64,000 nt of DNA from NCBI RefSeq assembly GCF_006345805.1, contig NC_043004.1, forward strand, positions 21,576,001 through 21,640,000, in the 5' to 3' direction. The position numbers were made by a program, and so were the translations under genes. The notes beneath the pieces were generated by a model. It was not told the DNA's origin. It did not search any database and saw only the letters and a list, made by a program, of their open reading frames with translations. Origin of the DNA: Octopus sinensis (taxonomy: Eukaryota). This document shows positions 23,301-35,899 of this stretch, one piece after another. Position 1 is the stretch's first letter. Each line of letters begins with the position of its first letter.

Positions 23301-26300
23301 TAGTAATTCGCTTTTATCAGTATACGTATTGATAATCTATAACCAGAATATTACATCCGGCTACTTGGTTCTTATTTTAACAAATTTCACTTCTATGACC
23401 GACAAATAAAAGGAAGCAATCATAATACGTTCTAAAACAATTAATGCTTGCCTATATATTCGTGCTTATATATATATATATATGCTTACTCATATATTAT
23501 TTTGAGTGTTGGTCTATAAAAAAAATTACCTCAACCTACTGATACAACTAATCACTTTTGAATATAATTGATTTCAGTTCTCTTGGGACCTCGTAGATAT
23601 TGTGCTGCATTGCTGATGATAAAGGGGAGAAATTTTAATGAGCCTATAATGATATCTTCTCCACAACTAATATGAAATGCAAAGAATAATGACAGGATGT
23701 TCGGACTAAATACGCCAATTTTTCATGTCTCCTTTTACTCATAAAATAGTTTTGTGACTGGTTAGCAGTCAACGGCATTGGAGAGCATAAATAATATTAA
23801 AGTTATAGTTGAGAAAATGTTAACTGACATGAAAGACTGGAAGCCATCTGAACACTGGAAAAGAATTAAGTCGATCATGATTCACACCAGTTATCAACAT
23901 GCTGGCATCATGGCTGCTGCTCAGTGCTTTGTGAACACTTCAGAAGCTGTAGCACGTGCCACAGATAACTGCAATGAAAGCTAAAAAGCCGTGGCCAGTA
24001 GGATGGGACACAACGGGCGTTTTGAATGCGTCTGTATACTGGGGTTACTCTCTAAATCATTAAACGTGTCTTAAGGCATACTGAAGGTGGCTGTGTGGAG
24101 CTGCATGAGGCCGTGGTGAATCCCTGGCTGGAGAGGATTGAAGTTGGGATGCCATACGCGTGGTAGCAGGATTCGGTTCATTGTTACACCCCCGGAAGGC
24201 GTCAGAAGTGGTTATCGTAGAGTTATTACGACTTCACCAGCCTTAATTTCTGGTCTCTTAATACCCACGTTTGTATTCCTATTGAATTACTATTTGTTGG
24301 GTGCAACTAAAAAAACAAAAATACCAAATGCTTTGCCTGCAACACCAAGGCCAAACTTGTGGCCAAAAATCAAGTGAGTGATCGAAGATCTTCCGAGGGA
24401 CACAATGAGGAATGTATGCGCCAGGTTCCGGGGTCGTCTTGGAGGTAGCTGAGGGCGGCTACTTTGAGCAAACGTTTATCTCCCGGCAATATTCTAGTTA
24501 ATATGTTTTGATTTTTTTAAATGCTTTTATTTTTGGATGTAATATTGTGTTTTCTTTTCCTTTAAGGTAAACTGCCAAATTTCGTCTGAACATCCTGTAC
24601 GTGTGTATGTAGGAAAATAAGACTAGTTTACATATACGAAACAACTATTGACTACATTCCTTAACTCTGGTATTCTTATTCGCACACCCGACAAACCTGG
24701 TTGCCGACCGTGTATGTGTGTGTGTGTGTGTGTATTTGTCACCATTTAAACGTGGATATTTTATTAGAACAAACTATACTACGGTAGTCGCCATGTGAGA
24801 AACTCTCATATTGTTGTTTTGATGCAAAATGCACGCGTGAGGACAAATATTACCTCTCAGCAGTAATACTACTTCTGTTGTTAATACACGCATACGTGCG
24901 CGCACATGCACACACACGCACACACAGTATTTGATTACGAAGGAACTCACATATAGGAATAACTTTTGCTTTCCTCCATGCGCACAAAGGGGTATATTGT
25001 GGTGGTTGCTTTATTAATGTGTGACTGTTGAAGTGACATCCGTGTGTTATTTATGTAGATTCATTATACTATGTATTATACGCTATAGTATGCATTATAT
25101 TTCATAGTCATATAACGTGCACTTTCATATTTTGTCTTAGTTTTTATTCCAAATTACACTTTTCATACGTAGCATATAATAAGGCTAATACTATAATTAT
25201 ATTTTATTTCAAAGTAACAATTAAATAGTATTATGGACATTGCAAATCTAAAGTTATTATTATGAATATTTTTAACTTAATTTTAACATCTGCATCCGTA
25301 AAGTTTATTTTACTTCTGAACTTATTTGCATTAAATGTGTTTTACCTTTATTCTAATAAATTTATTTCTATTTTTCCAATACTCAATAATTAGTTTTTCC
25401 ATCTGGTATTTTGAAAAATAACAATATTCCTTTATTTGTTTATTTATTCAGTTTGTTTCATTATCAAACATTTTCAGTTTTTTTGTCTTTACATGTGACA
25501 AATTTTTAAAAAATTCCTTTTGGTCATTAAGTTTATTTTTCTTTAAATTCATCAATCTTCCTTTTTTAATTAAATTCAAACACGGTTAAATATTGTTCGG
25601 TTTTGAATTTTTATTTCTTTATGATAATTGCACTTTTATTTTGAGACGCTCAAAGTAACTCTTCTTGATAAACAGAAGTTATAATTTTGTTTATTGTTAA
25701 TTCTATTGTGTTTTTTATAATAATTTCATAATTTCTTTTTAACTTATTGATTATCGTTTATAGCTTATTGAAGAATGTTGTAATTATTTTTTGTCGTGCA
25801 AGAAACGGCAACTTTTTACCAATTTTTCTCATAATGCAATTGTTGAATTAATGTAGCATTTGTAGTAAGTGCGAAAATTATGACAATTACAAAGGTATCA
25901 GTTGGGGAAAATATTTTTCTTCCAGCCATTTGTTGCATAGTGTAAAGAGAATGAGGATATGGTTCTTTTGAATGTTGATTAAAATTTTACTCTCACACGA
26001 TTGGTAACAAACAAAGCCTTGTGAAAACCTATGAAAACCTGTGCAAAACTTTAAAAATATTTCACTTTTGTTTACGACTAGATATATATAATGACCATGA
26101 GTATCACTTGCATGTTTATCACCTGATTTCTAATTCGGCATTGTAACTGTATATTGTCATTAAATAAAGTATTCAATTCTCCGTCGAACATAAACATATC
26201 TGAGAGTACAACATTAAAAATAGAAATTATAATGGAACAGCCTGCGTAGCGGAAGAGGCAGTAGTGAATGTTGAGAAATAGCATACAGCTTTTCAGTACC

Positions 26301-27388
26301 AAGATTGCGCCCAAGCATTAGACAAGAAATAGTAACGTGGGAAAATTTTCTAAATAATCATTATTTATTTTGTTCATAATGAAACTTTTAGTTTTGTTTT
26401 CATTTTCAAAAATGTTTACAGAACAGAAAGGAGAAAAAATACGATTGGCAATACCTGAAACAAAAACATAGTATTAACTATTCTTAAAAACATTCATAAG
26501 AAAACAAAATTCAAAAGAAAATTTCTTTTATGTTCGAATCAATTGTTGCATCGTTGCCATTACTTATTTTTCTCCAATAAAAAAAAAAACATGTCTAGTT
26601 TTAGAAAATCAAAAATTGTGAGAAGACTAGTGATAGCGTTTGTATTTTGGAAATAAAGAATTCGTCAATAAGGAAAAATTGAAATACAGCTAGTTTGCTG
26701 TAAGGAGAAGAAATATCAGACTTTCAAAAAGAACACACAGTGAAATGCTATGAAACTATTTCTCGCCGTTTTTCACTTTCCAAAAGTAGACACGCGAACT
26801 TCATTACCTTTAAATTACTACATATATATATATACGTTGAAATTCCTTTCTATTATTGCTTCAGTATTTATTTAGTATCAGCGTACATTCGTAATGGCAC
26901 AGTGGTAATAATAGATCTTTCAAATAAGGATTGTTACTTCAAAAGCGTTTTGAACATCTTTAATGTAAAATATTTTGTCTCAACACTTTTGTGTAAGACA
27001 TTATATCAAGTATTTCTAGACAATGACATTTGAAGCTTGATCAAATGTCATATTAGAATTTCTCCTTGGATGACATTAACTACACTCAGATGGTTTTTGT
27101 CTTTGAATATTCTCGTGTCTCTCATTAATTACAAAGAAGATCATGACTGGTATGTCCAAGAAAGACAATATCGTATGAAAGTTCCTGTCAGGAAGTGATT
27201 TTTCATAAGATAAAGTTAATACTTAGAGAGTTAGAGGATGGTAGTGAATTATCGGAGTCGTAAGAGCAGTAGAAAGGTTCTTTTCTGCACAGTTCTATAT
27301 TATTTACATTTCTATATTTAAGAGATTATTTACATTCGACGGATATTTATCCTCATCTTGTTTGTTCCTAAGGTATTTTTCGATGTTG

Positions 27389-27440
<52 letters not shown>

Positions 27441-27448
27441 CATTATTC

Positions 27449-27515
27449 AGGTCACTGCTTGGAATCGAACTCGGAATCTTGGGGTTAGTAGTCCGCGCTC
27501 TTAACCACTACGCCA
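27449..27515 (-). other. tRNA-like Pol III head in PLE terminal repeat
   Basis: tggcgtagtggttaagagcgcggactactaaccccaagattccgagttcgattccaagcagtgacct: A box TGGCGTAGTGG and B box GAGTTCGATTCC. Confidence 0.75.
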
Positions 27516-27574
27516 ATGGAGTGAATTTTATCACTTAGAAATCTAATATTTCTCTATCCTTCCTTAATACTGGT

Positions 27575-28322
27575 TACCATATGCTGTTCATATCTGCACT
27601 CGGTCTGCTTAGGAGGTTGTTGTGTCCTAGCATATGTGCTGCTTCTTTTAGTTTTCGTATTTTCTCTGTCTATTATTTTAACTTCATCTCACAGGGGGAG
27701 GTGGTCTCCATTTTTTATTACATGATCAACTATACCCGATTTATCAATATCTCCTCGTGTCACAGCTTTGCGATGTTCGTCTACCCTTATTTTGATGAGG
27801 CGGCATGTTTCGCCTTTGTATAACCTACCACAGTTGCATGGGATGGAGTACACACAGTCTTTGATCATATTCTCTTCTATTGGAGGTTTTACCCGAAGGA
27901 GATATTTGAGAAGTGTTGTATTACTCTTGAATACTGTCCTGATGTCATATGGGCCGCATATCTTTTGTAACATTTTCGGAGAGGCCTTTCACATAGGGTA
28001 GACAGACTGTGGACAGTTTATTGGCCTCATCCTCTCTCTTCTTCATAATTGGAGTGGATAGTATACTTTTGAGGTAGTTGTTGCTTAACAGATCGTTATT
28101 GAGCTTGATAATTTCTTTGTGGTGTGTATCACGATCGCTACTTATATTCTTTATACGATGTTTTAGGCACTGAGCAATCCCTCTCTTTACACTGTATGGA
28201 TGGTGGGAATTGAAGTTGAAGTATCGTCCAGTAAAGGTCGGCTTGCAGTATACGGATGTCTTGAATCCATACTTGGTGTGTCCAGACATGCCAGCTGATT
28301 GTCTTTTTCCTTTTCCATGGTT
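27575..28322 (-). pseudogene. PLE RT thumb plus GIY-YIG endonuclease (Penelope/Poseidon layout)
   Basis: MEKEKDNQL..LD; KTSVYCKPTFTGRYFNFNSHHPYSVKRGI; VCLPYVKGLSE; CVYSIPCNCGRLYKGETCRLIKIRVDEH...SGIVDHV. Confidence 0.92.
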
Positions 28323-28336
28323 TTAGGATCAACATA

Positions 28337-28458
28337 ACTAAAACCAACACTATAGTTATATGTTGATGACACCTTTATACTTTGGCCCCACCAGGAAGAT
28401 GTCCAACTGCTGTTAGATCATGTGACCTCAATAAAGTCATCCATGCAATCCACAATGA
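28337..28458 (+). pseudogene. Inverted PLE RT core fragment (YVDD motif)
   Basis: Plus strand LKPTL..YVDDTFILWPHQEDVQLLLDHVTSIKSSMQSTM ends where the minus-strand piece resumes (TMEKEK). Confidence 0.85.
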
Positions 28459-28500
28459 AAAATATTAGATTTATAAGCCCTAAAATTCATAATTGCCTAC

Positions 28501-28573
28501 GGGCATATAGCGTAGTGGTTAAGAGCGCGGGCTACTAACACCAAAATTCCGAGTTCGATTCTAAGCAGTGACC
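28501..28573 (+). other. tRNA-like Pol III head in PLE terminal repeat (73 nt)
   Basis: gggcatatagcgtagtggttaagagcgcgggctactaacaccaaaattccgagttcgattctaagcagtgacc followed by (AAC)n(AAT)n. Confidence 0.75.
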
Positions 28574-28652
28574 GGAACAACAACAACAACAATAATAATA
28601 ATAATAATAAAAATAATAACAACATCGAAAAATACCTTAGGAATTTTCGCGA

Positions 28653-28696
28653 CACACCTGAAGAAGGCTGGAGGGTATATCAATCGAAACGTGTTA
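28653..28696 (+). ncRNA. Family A hammerhead, degenerate stems
   Basis: cacac CTGAAGA aggctggagggtatatcaatc GAAA cgtgtt; stem II is mutated and a short deletion affects the cleavage site. Confidence 0.5.
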
Positions 28697-30139
28697 ACAA
28701 CAAACAAGATGAGGACAAATATCCGTTCTTTTCTGCATTTGTTCAATTTCTGCGATGTGGGTCCAGCTGCCTTTCATCCTTTCAGAGTAAAAAAACTTGG
28801 TTTAAACTATTAGAGGATCGGTCGTGATATCTTGCGGTATCAGATCCGGTTCTTTGCATTCTGATAGCAATCCCTGAGATGATAGATGTATCAAGATGCA
28901 TCAATTTAAGTCCATGGCATCTCTCTTGAATAAACATTGGTAGTGTGGAACACCTTGCATGCACGGACAACTGCTAGTCTTCCTAAAAGTATCAAATATC
29001 TTGCCCGGGCCTTCTTTAACACGTGTAGAGGTATGGTCCACCACTTTCACTGACGAAGACCCTAATCCACAAAAGCATCAGTAGGTCATTTACTGTAATG
29101 TCTTTCAGGTTTAATTCTTATGCTGATCCGGTATGATCATTTCTCTAAAGCGGCAGCCGTATTCCTCAATTAGCTGTCAATATTTTACTTAATCTATTAG
29201 TGTTTTCTGTCACCTATGATAGGACAAACATCTTCTTGTCTCTGCAACTATTGCGAGTCTGTAGAGAGGATATTAGGTGCTTAGAAAAGAGACCGAAGTT
29301 AAAAGGGAAATCACTCTGCTTTTAATGGATTACAAGGGATAAGAGAACAATGCACTATAGCTAGCCGTTGTTAGAGCCTTATGTTGATTTAATCTACTGC
29401 AGATCTATGTCTAAATGCAATGGTCAATCATAGTCCAGACTATTCAAAGAAGTCTGAATAACATCAGAAATTTTAAAGAATATTACTGTTGGTTCAACGA
29501 AATTTAAAAACCAGTCAAACCACAACGTTTAGGAAGAAAGGAGAATCTACAATGGCTACTGGTAACAGATTAAGGGACACCAACATAGAATTACTCAAGA
29601 AGGACATGAACCATCAGTAAAAGTTGCAGGTCGGACACCAATTAAACCACCAATATATTCCCATTATATTCATTTTGTTTATATCTGTCTTGTTTATATC
29701 TATCTTTATCTTTCCTTTTCATTTATAACTTTTTTTAAAAATCTTATTTCGCCAGCCTCTTCACCACCTTTCCGTTTGTAAACTTACAAGTACATACGCC
29801 CACATACACCTCTACTATTTCAAACAGTAAACACCCTCGCGCACAATATACGTTCCTTAAATTTTAGTTTGTAGTATTTACTACAATTCTTCCCATTCTT
29901 TCATGAATTTCAATTCTACTACTACCCCGTATTTTGAAGCATACATTTTCTTCCTCTTGAACACATCACAACCAATTGTACAGTTTCCCACACGCGATCG
30001 ATCGATATGTGTATAATAGAGTTTATTAAACATAACACTACTATCTGATGTTTTCATATGTATATAGATATGTTTCAAACTTCGGCATTATTGTAATTCC
30101 CAAATTGGATATCAGAATTAAGGACCGAGAAATATAATC

Positions 30140-30695
30140 TTTTCTACTATAGGCACAGGGCTTGAAAATTTTTCGGGAAGGAGACAGTCGATTACATCAA
30201 CCCCACTGTTTGACTGGTACTCTTTTCATCAACCCCGAAAGGATAAAAGGCAAAGTCGAACTCGGCGAAATTTGAACTTTATTTTGTTCCGGCAGTCCAT
30301 TCTTTTACTGCTTCTTCTTGTTCACATGGATCTTGTTCAATTTGTATTTCCATTGCATGTCGTGCCACACTGGGTGGAAACACGGTTTCCACTGGTTGAG
30401 TCTCTAGAACCTTAGCAAGGGAGGGAGGTCATTCAGCTCTTATGTGGACCATCTGGCCGCACTTAAAACACCGGGGCTTTCTGCCCTCCACCATAAGCCT
30501 GAACTTTTTTCACCGACCACAATGGTTTCCAATATCGTGTCCAAGACTTCGGGGCAGCCTGGATGACCATTTCCAAGCCTTGCTCCATCTAGTTCCGTGC
30601 TGGTACTCTCGCGGCGTGGAGGATTGTTACTTTCTCCTCTAGGCCAATACTATCTCGCCCGATATGCTAACAATTCTGCCAGCTCGTCGCTTTAA
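30140..30695 (-). mobile_element. SINE family 2 split by a Tx1 ORF1 segment
   Basis: SINE body to ggcgaaatttgaact (30278), resuming at ctcgcccgatatgctaacaattctgccagctcgtcgc. Confidence 0.7.
30277..30653. repeat. Dispersed direct duplicate of 32302-32680
   Basis: About 377 bp, collinear, with scattered substitutions. Confidence 0.9.
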
Positions 30696-31138
30696 GGACA
30701 GATAAAGAGAGAAATGAAATAAAGGTATTCATATTCTTACAATATTGGCTCCATGATTTCAGAAGAGTGTATATTCGCTCAAGAAGTCAGTGACAAAAAA
30801 AAAAAAAAGATATTTCTTTTCTGATAAAGTTAAGCAAAGACGTACTTTGCTGAGGCACTGTGACCATGTAGGACCACGAATAAATTTAAGTATGTGTATT
30901 GTATGCGCGTTTTTGAGGAATCTGAGGCAATTCTGGATTTTGTTTTCATGAGATTGAATAACCACAGAGAAATTTCATCTTTAATCACGTTTCATTAGAA
31001 CGTATAACTTTGTCAAGAAAACCCGTGTGACATTTCATATCCACTGAACAACTCGGGGTTTGGACTTCATTTAGTCTTGGTTAGGTTTCAACTACCCTCC
31101 GGTTGTGTTACTTAAAATGAATCGCTTTCAACTGTAAT

Positions 31139-31447
31139 TTTTTTGTGCGCCCTTTTCAAACCTAACCAGGCTCATGGGCCCGGTTTCCCGGTTTCTGTGG
31201 CGTATGTGTTTCCCCAGCAGGACGGGACGCCAGTCCATCACAGCGTTACTCAAGAAATAGGAAGAGAGAGTGAGAGAAAGTTGGGGCGAAAGAATATAAA
31301 AGGGGTCTCCACCACCCCTACCGGAGCCTCGTGGAGCTTTAGGTGTTTTCGCTCAATAAACATACACAACGCCCGGTCTGGGAATCGAAACCGCGATCCT
31401 CCGACCGCGAGTCTGCTGCCCTAACCACTGCGCCATTGCGCCTCCAC
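31139..31447 (-). mobile_element. Full-length tRNA-derived SINE family 3
   Basis: gtggaggcgcaatggcgcagtggttagggcagcagactcgcggtcggaggatcgcggtttcgattcccagacc head, central gatggactggcgtcccgtcc, A-tail. Confidence 0.85.
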
Positions 31448-32129
31448 TTCAACTGTAATAAATAGGTAAAATTCTTATTTCAGTATGAGTTAATTTGCAT
31501 ATTGATTTCCAGTAAACCAACCACTACGAAATATCTAATGCTTTGAATACTTGAATTTCATATAATTTAGTATGCATAGGAAAGAATACTATATTTAAAA
31601 CATAAAATTCTGCTAATAAAATACTGTTTAAAAATATGTATTTTAATTAAGTAATATATTTATCAGTATATATTGTAATTTTTCAATAATGTTTTAAATA
31701 AAATACATTAATAAATCTATAAATTTCTAACTATAGCTTAACGAAACAATTGCTTTAATATTCATGGTGCGCTAGCGTATTATTTAATCATTACTAAATC
31801 AATAAGAATCGTCAAATATCATTATGCAAATTAGAACAATTTCCTGTCGATATGATGATTTTCGATACTTATGATGATTTTCGACATTATTCTCAGCATC
31901 GCTGCTACAGGAATTAAGAAAAACCTGAAAGTTAACAAAATGCATAGCTGTAGTAAGTGTTATAGCCACACATTATAGCTACGAAGAATCTGGGATTGTA
32001 TTACCTCAATTTCCTTTTATAATGTGGGTATACACTGAACGGCAAAAGACACGCTAGACCCGTGTAACTGTGAAATATGTTTTAGTTTCATCACGTCCTC
32101 GACCTACAGAATATTACAATATAACTATT

Positions 32130-33420
32130 TTCATAGGGTGGGAGTTGTTGGAGAAGCGGGGGTTCAGTTCGTGTCTGCTTTCTCGTTGTTTTGTAGGGGT
32201 AGGAACAGGGTCAGCGTTTGATGGTGCAGGGGCAGGGTGGGGATGGGGTGGAATCGGGTTGGGGATCTTTGTCACTGGTATGTTGTCTCATCCTTTGTTT
32301 CCTTTATTTTGTTCCGGCAGTCCATTCTTTTACTGCTTCTTCTTGTTCACATGGATCTTGTTCAATTTGTATTTCCATCGCATGTCGTGCCACACTGGTT
32401 GGAAACACGGTTTCCACTGGTTGAGCCTCTAGAACCTTAGCAAGGGAGGGAGGTCATTCAGCTCTTATGTGGACCATCTGGCCGCTCTTAAAACACCGGG
32501 GCTTTCTGCCCTCCACCATAAACCTCAACTTTTTTTCACCCACCACAATGGTTTCCACTATCGTGTCCAAGACTTCGGGGGCAGCCTGGATGACCATTTC
32601 CAGGCCTTGCTCCATGTAGTTCCGTGCTGGTACTCTCGCGACCTGAAGGATTGTTACTTTCTCCTCTAGGCCAATACTATAGCTGCAATCAGCAAGGTAA
32701 CATCCACCTCCGTTGGTATCTCCTCCGCCATCATCCTGGAAGCCCGTCTTCCAAGTTGAGAAGGTAGGAGGATTATATTCTTTGTTGCTAACGAGGTTAT
32801 GGACTGTTGCCTGGCCTTCTCTTCAGCGGAAAACCTTACTTCCGCTTTGCGAACTTGGAACCCCTGGCCAGGTAAGTTATATCTGACCAGATGGGAGCCG
32901 ATTTCTCTTCTTTCAGACACGTTGTTGGCTTTTTCTTTCTGTTAAAACTTTTGAATGTTACCGTTTTCCTGGTTACACTCTGAGCCACTTCACCGGGAGG
33001 GGACAATCTCACCTATACAACATGCCCCTCTCTATACAACATGTTCCTCCCTATACAACATTGTTCTGTATTTGTTTAATTTGTTCCCAAATTTTTCCTT
33101 TCTAAACCGGCTGCAGCTGCAAAGCTATTCTTTTCACACGCCGCCTTTTTCTTCCGCAGTTCCTCCTTCATGCTGTTCACGCATTCTACGAGCTCGCTCT
33201 CCGACGAATCCATGTCAGAAGAGCCAGTCTTCTTGAAATTAGTCTTCATGATAACTGTCAAACGTGTTTCCCTCCCTCAAGTAAGGGGCGACAACGACGA
33301 CAATTCGGCACGCGCGGGAGAAACAAGGTGTTTTTAAAAACACAACAACAAATTTACAAGCTCAAAACGTGAGATAAGCAATTAAGCTTACCAACCTTGG
33401 AACTTTGAAACACCACGTCC
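32130..33420 (-). mobile_element. L1/Tx1-type LINE 5' end and decayed ORF1 (gag-like zinc knuckle)
   Basis: MKTNFKKTGSSDMDSSESE...SFAAAA N-terminus; VEGRKPRCFK(S/C)GQMVHIRAE*P, a degenerate CX2CX4HX4C. Confidence 0.7.
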
Positions 33421-33649
33421 GAACTCAAAAAGTGAGAAATTTCGAATTGATTTTAATTGACCATAAGTGTCGCACACATAAGGGGTCGAGGTGATTCGTT
33501 CCGAATGATAAACATTAAATTTTTTAAAAATTGAGAAAGATGATTACAACGAATGACTATGATGTAGCGATGGGCGTAGGTGACTCCACAGACCACTTTC
33601 CACCACTGAACATTTAAATAAACCTTTTATCCCCTCCTAAGAAGCTACA

Positions 33650-34960
33650 TACACACTCAACATGTATTCTACTTTCATCCACCTTTTCTCGTATATACTT
33701 AGTGGTAGACGACTCCTCTCCAGCCTTATTTTTCTTTTGAGATGGAAAACCAAAATGTTTAGCAACCTGTCGCTACTCATCACATGCGAGACCTTCAAAC
33801 AACCTCTTTTGTAATCACTACTACAGCGAGAAAATAGACCTTCGCTAGCCCTTTCAGAGAGGGTGGTGCAAAATCTTTATAATTGACTCGGAACTCAGCT
33901 GCACTCTTCCCAAACGTATCAGCAGGTGTTCGACATAAACTCACAACTTCGATAGTTTCGAACATTGCACAATAGCGTGCACAACAGTTTCACTGCTCTG
34001 TTCGCATCTTGGGCAACTGGGCTGGCATGAATAACCGTGCCTAGCGAATTTATCTCGCTAGGCATGGCTCTCCGGTAACACTATCAAGCCAAAGACCTTT
34101 GGAAGTTGTTCAAAGGCACGAATGTCGTTCGGAACAAACCAGCAAGCTGACCTTCATCGATGCCCAGGGTTCCCTCAGGTCATTGTCATACTTGGCCTCT
34201 ACCAATCTTTTATGGAATAATCAGGTGGAACCCTCGCCACGGGCATTACCCGTCCGGCAGAGAGGCGCGAGTGCCTACTGACATTCGTCCTGCCACGCTT
34301 CCAACTTGGGTTTACGTTTCATCCACGGTTCCAATTCACCGAAAGTAGTGAATCGAAGAAGAATCAGTTTGACGAACGGAGACCACACCTGTCCACAATC
34401 CAGGCAGAGGCAAAGATGATTCAGCCTCAGTGCATGTCTGCGCATCATTAGTCCTGGCATTCCTAGTCCACCCTTTAGCGGCTGTTGGCAGCAGATAGAG
34501 TGCCTTACAAGTAGACACCTGCCCTTCCACAAAAAGCGAAAGAACAATCGTTCCATCTTGCTTAGCTACAAATCGAGACAAGGCACGACGGTTAGACGGT
34601 AGGTAATCACGGATGCGATGGACACATTTGTGACATCCTCCCTCCCTTTCAGGGTTAGCCACCGCTCAGACCAGGTCTGAGTTAGGAGGGCTACCCTGCT
34701 CGTAACCTCGCTCCAATTATTCTCTATCTGGAGGTCTGGACAGAAGCAACCCCCTAGCATTTTAACCGCTCTTGGACGGCATCGGCTTGCGTCTCCAGCT
34801 GCCGAGTTACAAGCCGACTGACTTATCACGGTTAAGTTTTGCCCCTGCTATCACCTACTGATTCGTACTATGACCGAGGATGTTTCCTGGCGAATGTAGG
34901 TCATTAGCATAATGAGGGCTGCATCCCGCAGACTAGTCCTGTTTCGTGTCAGAAAATATT
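33650..34960 (-). pseudogene. L1/Tx1 ORF2 3' half (RT C-terminus and zinc finger)
   Basis: YAND (YADD-like); GAKLNRDKSVGL; WSERWLTLKGR; LFFRFLWKG...KGGLGMP; CPRCEQSSETVVHAIVQC. Confidence 0.88.
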
Positions 34961-35856
34961 TCAGCCCCAAATCGCTACTGACACTCTACAAGGCTTAAGC
35001 GAAGCCCACAATGGAGGATTTTCCCCATACCAGAGATGGTGCTACTGTTACTCAAAATGACATCCAGGAACGCATCCACAAAAGGGCCACTCGGCTGAGT
35101 TATGTTTTATGACTAACGGACACATTCTAATCTCTGGCCTGTGGATGTGCTGTCATTTCTCTATCTTTTCTATCGCCACTATAACATCTGTTCTTCGGGG
35201 TTGGTTGGTCCGTGCCTCCGGGTCACTCACCCTCCATCCATTTCTAGACAGCCTTGTTGTGTCTAACGCCTTTTCCCCGTTCTAATTATTATAATCAGTT
35301 CTAAGGACTGATTGGCCCAATGGAATCTCGTCCACTCTCTCATATCTCTACTGCACCTGTTGAGCTGCAGTGGAAAATTACCAGCATCAATCTTTCCAGT
35401 TTTGTAGGGTCTTCAAGGTTTATATGCTCTTCCATTTCCTTCAGATTCAGAAAATGAAAAACAGGTAACAAACTTCAAAGCAGCCTTATGAGATATTTTG
35501 TTTATTTCCCGCTGTGGCATTCGCTCTGATTTAACCTAAGCTCAAGAAGCTGGTGGTATACAAATCAATGTTCGATATATTGGATATAAAAGTTAGAATA
35601 GGTTAAGTTATAACGTATACATCTATCTGAACCATAAATATAACCATCGAAAAGTAATATGCAATGTAAGCAAAATAATCCAGAATAGAAAATAGTTGGT
35701 TATTCATATTTTTGTTAGTAAATTCCTCCGTTTCTATAATAATGCTGCACACATACTTATTTTCGGATCAAAGTATTTTATAGTAAATCGTTAATTTACA
35801 GCTTTACAGCTATCTCCATATTTTTGTCGTCATATATATATATATATATTATATAT

Positions 35857-35899
<43 letters not shown>

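Larger units (their letters stand above)
27289..28725 (-). mobile_element. Penelope-like element, 5'-truncated, with inverted terminal repeats (family A)
   Basis: RT thumb and GIY-YIG on minus, flanked by the terminal repeat on minus (27289-27552) and its inverted copy on plus (28457-28725). Confidence 0.9.

Noticed and set aside
23613-23632. CTGATGA...GAAA
   Set aside because: No complementary stems.
28501-28573. Possible genuine tRNA genes (also 27449-27515 and 31370-31447)
   Set aside because: Mismatched acceptor stems, no T-run terminator, and each is fused to a repeat body; treated as SINE/PLE heads.
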